Source: Minisyncoccota bacterium (GTDB lineage Bacteria > Patescibacteriota > Minisyncoccia > 2-02-FULL-40-12 > GWA2-44-9). Taken from it: DNA of 64,000 nucleotides. The notes below the pieces were generated by a model. That model had not been told where the DNA came from and made no database searches. It saw only the letters and a program-made list of their open reading frames with translations. This document shows positions 54,135 to 63,583 of the stretch, piece by piece (position 1 is the first letter of the stretch; each line of letters begins with the position of its first letter). The position numbers and the translations under genes are program-made. The stretch is from positions 3,491 to 67,490 of the forward strand of contig JAGOSO010000004.1 of the NCBI GenBank assembly GCA_018062285.1, in the 5' to 3' direction.

Positions 54135-55328
54135 GTGACGAAAGAAATGAAAGAAACGGTCAGGCAGTATTTGTTGCTCCAGAGCACAACATCTTTTGGG
54201 ATTTCATTCATCTCAGCTTTCTATGTGACGTTCTTGCTCCTCAAGGGCCTGAACTACATGGAAATCAATTTGGTGAATTTTTTCTTCTGGGTGACGTTGT
54301 TTGTTTGTGAACTTCCTACGGGAGCGTTTGCGGATATCTACGGCCGGAAGAAGTCGTATGTGATTTCCTGTTGCCTTTTTGGCGTTGGGATGTTGATTTA
54401 CGGATTCGCCCAGTCCTTCTGGGGATTTGTTTTGGCTGAAGTTGTTAGTGCGGTAGGCCAGACTTTTTCCAGCGGAGCATTCAATGCTTGGATGGTTGAT
54501 CGTTTGAAGCAACAAGGTTTCACGGGATCATTCGCCCCAATCTTTGCTCGCAAGCAACAGTTGGGGAATATCATTGGTATCGTTTCGGCAATATCTGGAG
54601 CATTTCTTGGAACTATCTGGTTACCGTTGCCATGGTTTATGGCTGGTAGCGTGATGCTCTCAGCTGGTTGTCTGGCTATGGTCTTCATGAAAGAGGATTT
54701 CAAGAAAAAAGATCTTTCTTTTGCTGATGACTTGGCGAGAATGAAAGAAACAGTTGTTGATAGCGTGCGCTACAGTCTCAGTAGCAAGCCAGTTCGATTC
54801 ATTTTGGTTGTCGGCATGTTCCAGTGGTTCGCTGTTCAGGCGCCCAACATGCAGTGGCAGCCCTTTTTCCGTGGGAGCCTGTCGTCTCAGGTGGAGCTCG
54901 GCTATGTTAAGGCAGGGATATCTATCTGCCTGATGATTGGTGCTTCTATCGCGCCATGGTTCCTTGGAAAAATAAAAGACGAGCGTAAGTCCATCGCCCT
55001 GATTCAGATTGTTGTCGGGTTTGGTATTGTTGGAACTGTCTTGTCGCCATTGTTTGGCACAGCGTTTGCAGTTTTCATGGGCCACGAAATCGCCCGTGGA
55101 ATGCTCGATCCTCTCAAAGAAACATATCTGCAAGACAACATTCCCCAAGACAAGCGAGCGACCATTGCGTCGTGCGATTCGATGTCTATGCGAGTTGGTG
55201 GAATAATCGGGCTGTTAGTTACCGGTGCTTTAGCACAGTACGTGTCATTGCCATCAGCCTGGATTGTTTCAGGCTTAGTTCTGACTATTGCGGCTTTGTT
55301 TCTCTTGAGGAATAGCTGCAAGAATTAG
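54135..55328 (+). CDS. MFS transporter
   Basis: 12 TM helices; GRK motif (DIYGRKKS) in loop 2-3. Confidence 0.75.
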   Translation: MTKEMKETVRQYLLLQSTTSFGISFISAFYVTFLLLKGLNYMEINLVNFFFWVTLFVCELPTGAFADIYGRKKSYVISCCLFGVGMLIYGFAQSFWGFVLAEVVSAVGQTFSSGAFNAWMVDRLKQQGFTGSFAPIFARKQQLGNIIGIVSAISGAFLGTIWLPLPWFMAGSVMLSAGCLAMVFMKEDFKKKDLSFADDLARMKETVVDSVRYSLSSKPVRFILVVGMFQWFAVQAPNMQWQPFFRGSLSSQVELGYVKAGISICLMIGASIAPWFLGKIKDERKSIALIQIVVGFGIVGTVLSPLFGTAFAVFMGHEIARGMLDPLKETYLQDNIPQDKRATIASCDSMSMRVGGIIGLLVTGALAQYVSLPSAWIVSGLVLTIAALFLLRNSCKN

Positions 55329-55332
55329 CCAC

Positions 55333-55397
55333 AGCGGGTGCGAGCCTACTACGTCTTCGACTCCGAAGGCCACAGTAAGCTCAAACCCGCTTTTTTA
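55333..55397 (+). terminator. Hairpin AGCGGGT...ACCCGCT plus TTTTTT; this arm motif is shared with the terminator at 57978-58017
   Basis: Stem plus T-tract. Confidence 0.45.
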
Positions 55398-55425
55398 TTT
55401 AGTTTTATTTTGCTACGATTATTAA

Positions 55426-56151
55426 ATGAAAAAATTGGACAATGTTACGTTGTTTGGCCTAGACGATGTTGATATCAATCGGTTAATTCAGGCCGAAGAA
55501 ATTTGTACTAAAGATTTTGAATTTGCAAAAATTAAATTACTAACTTCTCTGGATAGTGATAATTCTCATGTAGTAAAAATAGAGCCCGTAAAATCTATCA
55601 GGGAATATTCTGAATTTATTTTAAAAAAACTTAACGATTACATTGATACTGACTTTGTTCTTTTGATACAGCATGATGGTTTTATTCTTAACCCAGATGC
55701 TTGGGACGATAGATTTTTGGAATACGACTATGTTGGAGCTCCACTTTGGAAAGATGGGAATTATGTTGTTGGAAACGGCGGATTTAGCCTAAGAAGTAAA
55801 AAACTTCTAGAATTTTTACAAAAAGATGAAAATATTTTTGTCCCAGAAATTTCAGGAGAAAAATACGATCTTAATGAGGATTGGATTATTTGTGTTCAAA
55901 AAAGAGAATACCTAGAGAGCAAGGGGATCAGGTTTGCTCCGGTTGATGTGGCGAAAAAATTTAGCTTCGAATCTAATGAAGTTGATGGCGCAGACTGGAC
56001 AGATCAGTTTGGCTTCCATGGTTTAAAGTGGACAGATATCTCCAAATGGCTAAAGGCTCACCCGGAATATAAGATTGATAATCCTCTTGATAGCTGGGCG
56101 TTGAGGGTTCAAAGGAGAATTAATAACAAAAACAGAGATAAAAACCTATAA
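55426..56151 (+). CDS. Hypothetical protein
   Basis: 241-aa AT-rich ORF. Confidence 0.5.
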   Translation: MKKLDNVTLFGLDDVDINRLIQAEEICTKDFEFAKIKLLTSLDSDNSHVVKIEPVKSIREYSEFILKKLNDYIDTDFVLLIQHDGFILNPDAWDDRFLEYDYVGAPLWKDGNYVVGNGGFSLRSKKLLEFLQKDENIFVPEISGEKYDLNEDWIICVQKREYLESKGIRFAPVDVAKKFSFESNEVDGADWTDQFGFHGLKWTDISKWLKAHPEYKIDNPLDSWALRVQRRINNKNRDKNL

Positions 56152-56176
56152 AATATGGCCATTTTGAGGCCCTGGA

Positions 56177-56296
56177 CCCCTCACTTGAAAGGCTTTGGGT
56201 TGAGTAGATTAAAGTTATTAGCAAAGCCTGAAATTGATCGGGATTAGCCGTTATTTGGCCTTATTGCTTATAAAATGAAGCCTTTCAAGTGAGGGG
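56177..56296. repeat. Long hairpin (19-bp stem CCCCTCACTTGAAAGGCTT / AAGCCTTTCAAGTGAGGGG, about 80-nt interior) directly abutting a promoter
   Basis: Seen directly in the sequence. Confidence 0.5.
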
Positions 56297-56325
56297 TTGA
56301 CTTATTTGGCTGATGGGTATATAAT
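56297..56325 (+). promoter_or_regulatory. Consensus promoter TTGACT-17-TATAAT
   Basis: Perfect -10 element and 17-nt spacing; no ORF downstream. Confidence 0.6.
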
Positions 56326-56537
56326 GTAGGTATACAGTCAGTATCTCTTCTATTCGACCGTATTGGGGGCTTAATAAAGCCAGTATCTCGTATCTCTAGT
56401 TATTAGTAGATTCCCCAGCCTTCGCGTAAAGCTTTGGCGGGTAAAAGCTAACTTTCAGGCATCATCGCATTTTATTGCAAAGGCCCGTTAGAAACTTAGT
56501 TAGATATTGGTTTTGTTAAGCCTTTTAGTTATCCAAT

Positions 56538-56566
56538 TTGACAGTCTTTTGGTGTGAGTGTATAAT
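56538..56566 (+). promoter_or_regulatory. Consensus promoter TTGACA-17-TATAAT about 430 nt upstream of tRNA-His
   Basis: Perfect -35 and -10 elements. Confidence 0.6.
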
Positions 56567-57000
56567 GTTTATATTAACAACTGAATATTTTTTGAAACGC
56601 ATTAACACGAAAGAAGAGTAGGTAATGAGGAAGGTAAGAGCGAGTCCAGGACAGTGCAAGCTGGACCCAGAATCATTATTGAACACACTTTCGGAGCGGT
56701 TGGTGAGAAAGCCTCGCAAGAGGATATAAACCAAACGGTGGGTCACTCCATCGTGAACAATCTAATCAAGTGCTTGATCTCCTGAATAAGGCGTCGAGAA
56801 TAAAAGATGGGACCGCGGGATGTTTAAATTAATTTTTAAAACTCTCGTTCTTTTTTCGCTTTGGCATAGTGCCGAAGTAAGAAAAGAACGGGAGTTTTTT
56901 CGTTTTCGAAGAAACTTTCCGTAAGGGAGGAAGAAGTATGAGTACTTTAGGCGGTATGGGCCCGCACAACCCATAGGGAGGTTCGCCTCCCTGCAATATG

Positions 57001-57074
57001 GTCCCCGTAGCTCAATAGAAGAGCGGTGCCCTGTGAAGGCATTGGTTGCCGGTGCAAGTCCGGTCGGGGACCCA
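57001..57074 (+). tRNA. tRNA-His (anticodon GTG) with an 8-bp acceptor stem (G-1:C73)
   Basis: GGTCCCCG/CGGGGACC acceptor, D arm GCTC-AATAGAA-GAGC, anticodon loop CTGTGAA, T arm GCCGG-TGCAAGT-CCGGT. Confidence 0.7.
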
Positions 57075-57088
57075 AGCAAGTTTATTTT

Positions 57089-57979
57089 ATGAGTTATAAA
57101 AAGAAAAAATTAAAAGAGGGCAGACTTAACCAACTCAAATATCGTATTGGGTTGATTAAAAATGTTCTTTTCCAATTTTTGTCTGGACTTTTTTTTGGGA
57201 GGAAGAAAATGCGACAAGTCGAAAATGTTTTATCTGAATTGCGTAAACGCTCCAAGCTTGTAAGGTATAACAACCTTAAGATTAATGAGTGGGTGAATCG
57301 TTATCTTGAGGACTGCATACTCAATGGCAAGCCCGTAAATATTCTGACACAGTGGTGTGTTTCAAGTATGCTCAAAAAAAGATACAAAGAACAGGGCGAT
57401 AAATTCATTCCCACGAAAAAAGAGCTAAGAGTTTTGCAAGAGGAAATTCCCGCCATTCTCTCGCTTTTTTCTCGAAACGGATTTCGAGTTAATTGGTGGA
57501 TTACTTTCAACACCACTTTTATTGATGCAGAAGGCATACCCCGAACCGCTTACAAGGAAATGCTTCTTAGGTGCTCCGAGACAGACCCAAAGGCTGGTGT
57601 AGTTTTTGCCGATTGGGAAGATGATGTTTTGGGTAAAAAAATGGAGCCTGATCAGGCCGTCTTGGGTAATTTTCTTGGTTATGTGCCAGAGAAATACTTT
57701 AAGCTTAGAGTCGAGCAGCTCAGCATATGGGCCCAAAAAGAATCTGATTGGCGAAAGACCAAAGATGAACTGGGGGAAAACATTAAATATGCGACAGCCT
57801 GTGAAATTGCTGAGGCTAAGCTGCTAACTTTCCAGAACCCTTTGTTTGGTAAAGAGGATTGGTTGTTGATTCCTCTCGACGATGCCGAAGCGTACGACAG
57901 TTTTGCTATTCCAGTTAAGGATTTTAAGAGACGAATTGTGTCGGTATTGTCTCTTTGTCCTTGGCGTATGAATTCTTAA
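57089..57979 (+). CDS. Hypothetical protein (start placed at ATG 57089, downstream of the tRNA)
   Basis: 296-aa AT-rich ORF. Confidence 0.5.
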   Translation: MSYKKKKLKEGRLNQLKYRIGLIKNVLFQFLSGLFFGRKKMRQVENVLSELRKRSKLVRYNNLKINEWVNRYLEDCILNGKPVNILTQWCVSSMLKKRYKEQGDKFIPTKKELRVLQEEIPAILSLFSRNGFRVNWWITFNTTFIDAEGIPRTAYKEMLLRCSETDPKAGVVFADWEDDVLGKKMEPDQAVLGNFLGYVPEKYFKLRVEQLSIWAQKESDWRKTKDELGENIKYATACEIAEAKLLTFQNPLFGKEDWLLIPLDDAEAYDSFAIPVKDFKRRIVSVLSLCPWRMNS

Positions 57980-58017
57980 ATTTAAGCGGGTGCGACAACA
58001 TCAAACCCGCTTAAATT
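57978..58017 (+). terminator. Hairpin AAATTTAAGCGGGT-(13 nt)-ACCCGCTTAAATTT
   Basis: 14-bp stem. Confidence 0.55.
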
Positions 58018-58120
58018 TGACAGCTCAGCATATTATGTTGTATAATAAAGAGGTCCAGTACTTTAACCGCCGCATAGTGCGGCCAAATCCATCCTGCGTA
58101 GTGCGGGAGAGGAGTGTGTT

Positions 58121-58858
58121 ATGTCTGATTTTGAAGATCTTACTATCCGTCAGGCTATCGATCTTGGCAACAAGATTGGCGGTCAGGCCGGCGCCAAGAG
58201 GATTATGTCTGGCGAACTTGTGCTCGTCGAGCGTGACCGTAAGGTCAGCGCCTCAGGTCTCGCTAATGGTGGCGTGACCTACGCCACTGGCATCGATACC
58301 AAGGCGTTCCTCGCTGATTGGCGGAAACACTTTCGAGAGGTCTATGGTTTGATCGTAGACCTTTCGGGAATCCAGCTTCCACCCCAACGTCAGGGTTTCG
58401 GCTGGGGCGTGGTCCGGGTTCCGGAACTCTCGGCCCAGAAGATGTTCGACACATTCACGACCAAGTTCAAGACTTGTAAGTGGTGCGACAACATCGACAA
58501 GGTTCTCGACATTGGCAAGGAGGCCCGTACGACCGCGAACGGTCCGTACGTCGTTTGGCTCCGTGACCGAGTCGAGGCTGACGAAGAACTGAAGAATCTC
58601 TCGGCTAACTATTTGGCCGAACGGAACATCAACTGTATCACCGAGCCGGAGAGGATTGCTCTCGAGGGTTGGTTCCACTGGAAGACTGGTGGCCACCTCG
58701 ACATCAAGAACGTGACACTTTCGGCTGGTTCGCGCTGGTCGGATGGCAGCGTGCCTGGCGCCCGCTGGTACGACGGTGTCGAGTTATATGTCAGCAGGTA
58801 CCTCGCTGACGATCGGGATGGCATCATCCGTGCTCGTGAAGTGGTTTCACTGTCGTAG
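58121..58858 (+). CDS. Hypothetical protein (GC-rich)
   Basis: 245-aa ORF; RBS GGAGAGGAG. Confidence 0.5.
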   Translation: MSDFEDLTIRQAIDLGNKIGGQAGAKRIMSGELVLVERDRKVSASGLANGGVTYATGIDTKAFLADWRKHFREVYGLIVDLSGIQLPPQRQGFGWGVVRVPELSAQKMFDTFTTKFKTCKWCDNIDKVLDIGKEARTTANGPYVVWLRDRVEADEELKNLSANYLAERNINCITEPERIALEGWFHWKTGGHLDIKNVTLSAGSRWSDGSVPGARWYDGVELYVSRYLADDRDGIIRAREVVSLS

Positions 58859-58962
58859 GCAGCCTAAACCTTCTTTCTTTTGTCTTGTGCCCTTACAGCC
58901 GATGTGCCTTGTGTGCATCGGCTGATTTTATTTTCAACGGCTCAACCGCTTGAGCCGTTGAG

Positions 58963-60867
58963 TTACGTTATTGTTCTAGGATCTACATCAATCATCCATT
59001 GGGTCGGAACATAACGGAGGAGGTCGCGGGGTGGGAAGTCGGGGGAGATTTTAATAATGATATTGTAGGTAAAAATTCCACGTTCTTTTTTGAGGAAGAG
59101 ACGGGAAGTGTCGGTGATGCGGATTTTGTCTTGGGCCTTAATGTGGGTTGAGGCCATTTTTAATTTTTCAATGGTGGTGCGAGCGGAGATGACGACTTTT
59201 TTGTGGTCTTTGTGTGAGTAGGTCAGTTTAATTATTCGGCAAAACGGTGGATACCAGAAAGCTTTGCGGGCGGAGAGCTCGGTGTTATAAAGTTCGGTGT
59301 AATCGTGACGAGATAAATTTTGTAATAGGTTTAGTTGGTTGAAAGTTTGAGCAACAATCTTGTCTGGCTCAAAGTCGGCTAGCTTTTCAAGGTGGTACCA
59401 CAAGCGTTCGGTGGTCTGGAAATCAGAACCGACCGCGAGAGCATCAAGTTGGGGGATAATTATGGCGTCAAACTTAAGGGTGTAACTGTAACTAAGGATT
59501 TTTTGTGTGGCGATTAATATTTTTGGCCCACTTTTTTGCATTTCTTCAACCACCTCGTCTTCTTCGGTTTGGTTTTTGGTAACGTCAGAGTCCATTAAAA
59601 GGATTTGGGTTTTATCTAATTGGCCAAACGTAATCATTTTCTGAAGTTCTTCAAATATCTTTTGCCCACCGGCTGGCCCGGTGGCTTTTACTTGGGAGCT
59701 GTGACAGTTGGGGCAAGAGTATGGATAAGGTTGAGAATGATTGCAGTGGTGGCAAAGCAAAGACAAGGTAATGCTCTGGTGAATACGCATTGGCAAGTCG
59801 CAATTCGGGCATTTAAACGAATAACTACATTTTTGGCATAACAAAATTCCACCATAACCACGGCGGGCAGAAACGATAAGTACTTTGCCTTTGTTTTTTA
59901 AGACTTCGCGCATGATATCGCGGGCATCTGGTGTTAAAGCCCCGACAATATAGCCTTGCTTAAATTCAGCGGCTAAATCAATAACTGATATTTTGGCTGG
60001 CCATGGTCTGGAAGCGTCACTGGTCTGGATGGTTTTTTGTAATGATTTTTCGTAAGCATCAACGCCAAGCAGCGGAGAGAGCGCGATATAGCGAGCATTG
60101 TTATTACTGGCAATAATTTCAGCTAATTCAGGGGTCCAGTACTTTGGACTCATATCTGATTTATAGAATTCGTGAAGGGGGTCAACAACAATCACTCGAT
60201 TTAACTTTTGGAACGGTAAAAACAGGGCTTGTCTGGTCCCGATGACCATTTTGGTGTTTTGCAAAGATACGTCCTTCCAAACCTTGTAGAATTCAGGATT
60301 TCCGGTTGCGGAAGTGATAACACTAGGGTTCAATTTTTCAAATTCTTTTTGGAAATAGGGGAGGTATGACTGATCTGGAACAATTATTAATGTTGAACCC
60401 GAAGTATCGTTTTTAATTAACGTTTGGATGTGGCGGGCTGAATCTTGAGCGCGGGTAACCACCCATGAAGGTGGAATCTTGAGTGGGGGTGTAGGTGTGT
60501 CTATTTTTGTATCAATAGGATAGCGAGGCTTTAAGAAGAATGGAGGTAGGACTGTTTTCATGCACAAACCGAGAGGAGCAACATAACGGTTGGCCATCCA
60601 CAGTGCCGTTTTGAATTGCCATTCGGCGATGGCGGGTTCTTTGCTAAGGACTTTAGTTATTTTTTTGAGTTGGAAGAGTGATTTTTTGACTAATAATTTC
60701 TGTTGATCCAAATCATACGAATCAATAACAACAGCTTGAACCGATCGGTTGTTCATTGGCACATTGACGATAGCGCCCTTGGGTAAAGATTCTTCGTGGT
60801 AGTAACTTAAAATCTGAGGTATTTGCGGGGGGAGAACGGCAAGAGGTAATACTTCCAAAACGTGCAT
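58963..60867 (-). CDS. priA: Primosomal protein N' (PriA) homolog whose helicase ATPase motifs appear degenerate
   Basis: PriA-type N-terminus (ILSYYHEESLPKGAIVNVPMNNRSVQAVVI); 4xCxxC zinc-binding cluster; C-terminal helicase-lobe homology (ILIATQKIL...DFQTTERLWYHL). Walker A GxGKT is absent, DEEH is replaced by DPLH, and there is no GRAGR. Confidence 0.6.
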   Translation of the reverse strand: MHVLEVLPLAVLPPQIPQILSYYHEESLPKGAIVNVPMNNRSVQAVVIDSYDLDQQKLLVKKSLFQLKKITKVLSKEPAIAEWQFKTALWMANRYVAPLGLCMKTVLPPFFLKPRYPIDTKIDTPTPPLKIPPSWVVTRAQDSARHIQTLIKNDTSGSTLIIVPDQSYLPYFQKEFEKLNPSVITSATGNPEFYKVWKDVSLQNTKMVIGTRQALFLPFQKLNRVIVVDPLHEFYKSDMSPKYWTPELAEIIASNNNARYIALSPLLGVDAYEKSLQKTIQTSDASRPWPAKISVIDLAAEFKQGYIVGALTPDARDIMREVLKNKGKVLIVSARRGYGGILLCQKCSYSFKCPNCDLPMRIHQSITLSLLCHHCNHSQPYPYSCPNCHSSQVKATGPAGGQKIFEELQKMITFGQLDKTQILLMDSDVTKNQTEEDEVVEEMQKSGPKILIATQKILSYSYTLKFDAIIIPQLDALAVGSDFQTTERLWYHLEKLADFEPDKIVAQTFNQLNLLQNLSRHDYTELYNTELSARKAFWYPPFCRIIKLTYSHKDHKKVVISARTTIEKLKMASTHIKAQDKIRITDTSRLFLKKERGIFTYNIIIKISPDFPPRDLLRYVPTQWMIDVDPRTIT

Positions 60868-60911
60868 AGATTTGAATTTCTAATTTCTAAACAATACTAG
60901 CATTTTAGGCT

Positions 60912-62306
60912 TTGCTGACAACCCAAATAAAAGGTATAATGAAAGTCATGAATAAAAGCCAAATAAAGGTTCGTCTTGCACCGTCCCCAACGGGGTTTTT
61001 ACATATTGGAACCGGTCAGTCAGCTTTGTATAATTGGCTTTGCGCCAAGAAGATGGGCGGAAAGTTTTATCTTAGAATTGAAGACACCGACAAAGAACGT
61101 TCCACGAAAGAATATGAAAAAAGTATTTTCGATGCCCTTACTTGGTTAGGTTTAGGTTGGGAAGATGAGGTCTTGCATCAAAGCGAACGCACTGCGACCT
61201 ATCGAAAAGCATTAGAAAAATTACTGGGCGAGGGCAAAGCTTTTTATTGCCATCATTCTCAAGAAGAACTGGAAGCTGAACGTCAGCGTCAAGAGTTTGA
61301 AAAACAACCACCACGCCATGAGTGTACTCACAAGAATTTACCATTAGGAAAAGAAGGTGGCGGAATTATTCGTTTGGCCGTTGATGATAAATCAGATCGA
61401 AAAATTGTCTTTGATGACGTTATCCGTGGCCCAATTGAATTCAAGGCATCTTTGCTGGGTGATTTTAGTATCGCCCGTACAGTTGATGACCCCTTGTATA
61501 ATTTTGCTGCTGTCGTTGATGACGCTGAGATGGAGATCACTCATGTTATTCGTGGCGAAGACCATATCTCAAATACACCAAAACAGATTTTGGTCTATGA
61601 AGCATTGGGCCAAACGCCGCCATTGTTCGCTCATCTGCCATTAATATTGGGTCCTGATCGGTCCAAATTGTCCAAACGGCACGGCGCGATGGCTTTAATT
61701 GAATACAAAACTGATTATTTGCCTGATGCAATTGTTAATTTTTTGGGCGGATTGGGTTATACATTTAGTAAAGATGTTTTGAGTCGCGAAGAAATGGTGA
61801 CTGAGTTTGATTTGGCCAAAGTCCACAAATCTGGAGCGATTTTCGATACTAAAAAATTAAATTGGATTAATTGTCAGTATATTAAAAGGTTGTCGCCGGA
61901 TGAGTTTAGAAAAATAAGTGGCATAACTGAAATTTCTGATGCCGCCGTGCCATTGGTTACTGAAAGACTTGAAAAATTAAGTGATGCGCAAGCATTCTCA
62001 TATTTGTGGCAAACGCCCGTTTACGAAAAGGAGCTTTTGAATTGGAAAGATTCAGAGCAGAACGTTACTAAAGAATCTATTGAGCGCTCGTTGGGTGTGT
62101 TGGAGAACTGGGATTTTGTTGACAGTGAGGTTCTGAGAACTCAGCTCGATGCTTTAGCTGATGGGAATAGAGGCTTAGTCTATTGGCCATTGCGGGCGGC
62201 ATTATCAGGCAAAGAAAAATCGCCAGACCCAGTTCAGTTGATTTTTGCATTAGGAAAGGAAGAGGCCATAGAAAGAATAAAGTCGGCCATAAATCTTTTA
62301 AGTTAA
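60912..62306 (+). CDS. gltX: Glutamate--tRNA ligase
   Basis: PSPTGFLHIG (HIGH region) and KLSKRHG (KMSKS) motifs. Confidence 0.9.
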   Translation: MLTTQIKGIMKVMNKSQIKVRLAPSPTGFLHIGTGQSALYNWLCAKKMGGKFYLRIEDTDKERSTKEYEKSIFDALTWLGLGWEDEVLHQSERTATYRKALEKLLGEGKAFYCHHSQEELEAERQRQEFEKQPPRHECTHKNLPLGKEGGGIIRLAVDDKSDRKIVFDDVIRGPIEFKASLLGDFSIARTVDDPLYNFAAVVDDAEMEITHVIRGEDHISNTPKQILVYEALGQTPPLFAHLPLILGPDRSKLSKRHGAMALIEYKTDYLPDAIVNFLGGLGYTFSKDVLSREEMVTEFDLAKVHKSGAIFDTKKLNWINCQYIKRLSPDEFRKISGITEISDAAVPLVTERLEKLSDAQAFSYLWQTPVYEKELLNWKDSEQNVTKESIERSLGVLENWDFVDSEVLRTQLDALADGNRGLVYWPLRAALSGKEKSPDPVQLIFALGKEEAIERIKSAINLLS

Positions 62307-62311
62307 AAAAG

Positions 62312-63577
62312 ATGCCAAATAGATTCAAAGTTTTACTCGGCTGTTTTTTCTTATTTTTCATAATAGGGGCAAATTCTGTTTTTGCAGATGCGAACCAAGA
62401 CAAGATAAATCAGCTTAGGGCTCAAATTGAGGCACTTGAGGCTCAGGCTGAACAGTATAGGGGGACAATCGCTCAAACTAAAGCTCAAGCAGATACACTA
62501 AAAGCGCAAATTCAAAATCTCCAAAATCAAATAGGAGCGATTAATAATCAAATCGCTCTGCTTGGTAAAAAAATAGATAAAACCCAGATAGAGATCGTTA
62601 ATGTTCAGGGGAATATTAAAACCACTCAAGAAAAAATAGAATACCAAAAAGCAACGATTGGTCAGTTGCTTTTGTATTTAGCAAAAAGAGATAACGAGAC
62701 ATTTGTCGGTGTTTTAATGAAAAATTCTAGTCTCTCGGATTACTTTAACCAAGAAGAGTATGCTCTTACTGTAAATAGTAAGTTGATGGCTTTGATTGAT
62801 GAGTTTAAGCAAACCCAGAAGAATCTGTCTGAGCAAAAAAATGATTTGGAAGATAAGAAAAAAGACCTACAAGACATGAAGCAACAAGAGGATGCCCAAA
62901 GGATTGCTTTGGCCGCTGCGCAGACCGACAAGAATAAGCTCCTTAAGGTAACAAAGGGCCAAGAAGCTCAATATCAGAAGTTGTTGATAGCCACAGAGCA
63001 ACAAGAGTCAATATTTTTTAATCAGATGCGGGAGTTAGAAACCCATATTATTCAAGGCGGGTTATATATTGTTCACGTTACTGCCGATAGTAATCTTCCA
63101 AAAACAAAGAAAGGCTTGTTTGCTTGGCCCGAAAGCCCATACCGCAACACACAAGGTTATGGATGTACGTCTTACGCAAGATGTGGAAGGTCCAGCGCTC
63201 CATATGGCGGTGCCGGACATAATGGTATTGATATGGCCACGGGGTATGGCAGCCCAATAAAAGCTATTGCTGATGGGGAGATTATCGCTAATGGTAAAAA
63301 TGACGGTTGGGGTAATTGGGTTGCGATTAAGCACCCTACAAAGTACAACTTGGTTAGTATTTATGGGCACATGAGTTCGCTCTCTTTCTTGCAGGTTGGG
63401 TCGCAGGTAACAGTCGGACAGGTTATAGGCTATGAAGGCAACACCGGCGCAGTAACTGGTTCGCATTTGCACCTGTCTATCTATAAAGATTTCTTTACTT
63501 ATGTTAGTGACAAGAAGAGCGGTCAATTGTATTTTAACTATTTTGAAGGAACCGTTAACCCGCTCAATTATTTTTAA
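62312..63577 (+). CDS. M23 family peptidase with an N-terminal signal/TM segment and a long coiled coil (EnvC-like); the ATG at 62312 is preferred over the track start, which overlaps gltX
   Basis: LytM domain: GHNGIDMA, YGHMSSL and HLHLSIY (HxH) motifs. Confidence 0.75.
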   Translation: MPNRFKVLLGCFFLFFIIGANSVFADANQDKINQLRAQIEALEAQAEQYRGTIAQTKAQADTLKAQIQNLQNQIGAINNQIALLGKKIDKTQIEIVNVQGNIKTTQEKIEYQKATIGQLLLYLAKRDNETFVGVLMKNSSLSDYFNQEEYALTVNSKLMALIDEFKQTQKNLSEQKNDLEDKKKDLQDMKQQEDAQRIALAAAQTDKNKLLKVTKGQEAQYQKLLIATEQQESIFFNQMRELETHIIQGGLYIVHVTADSNLPKTKKGLFAWPESPYRNTQGYGCTSYARCGRSSAPYGGAGHNGIDMATGYGSPIKAIADGEIIANGKNDGWGNWVAIKHPTKYNLVSIYGHMSSLSFLQVGSQVTVGQVIGYEGNTGAVTGSHLHLSIYKDFFTYVSDKKSGQLYFNYFEGTVNPLNYF

Positions 63578-63583
63578 GATTTA

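Noticed and set aside
56567-57000. RNase P RNA or tmRNA upstream of tRNA-His
   Set aside because: There is a GGTAAGAGCG fragment, but none of the GGAAAGTCCGG (P4), ACAGAANCCGGCTTA motifs, nor a tmRNA tag ORF or tRNA-like 3' end. It is kept only as a generic ncRNA candidate.
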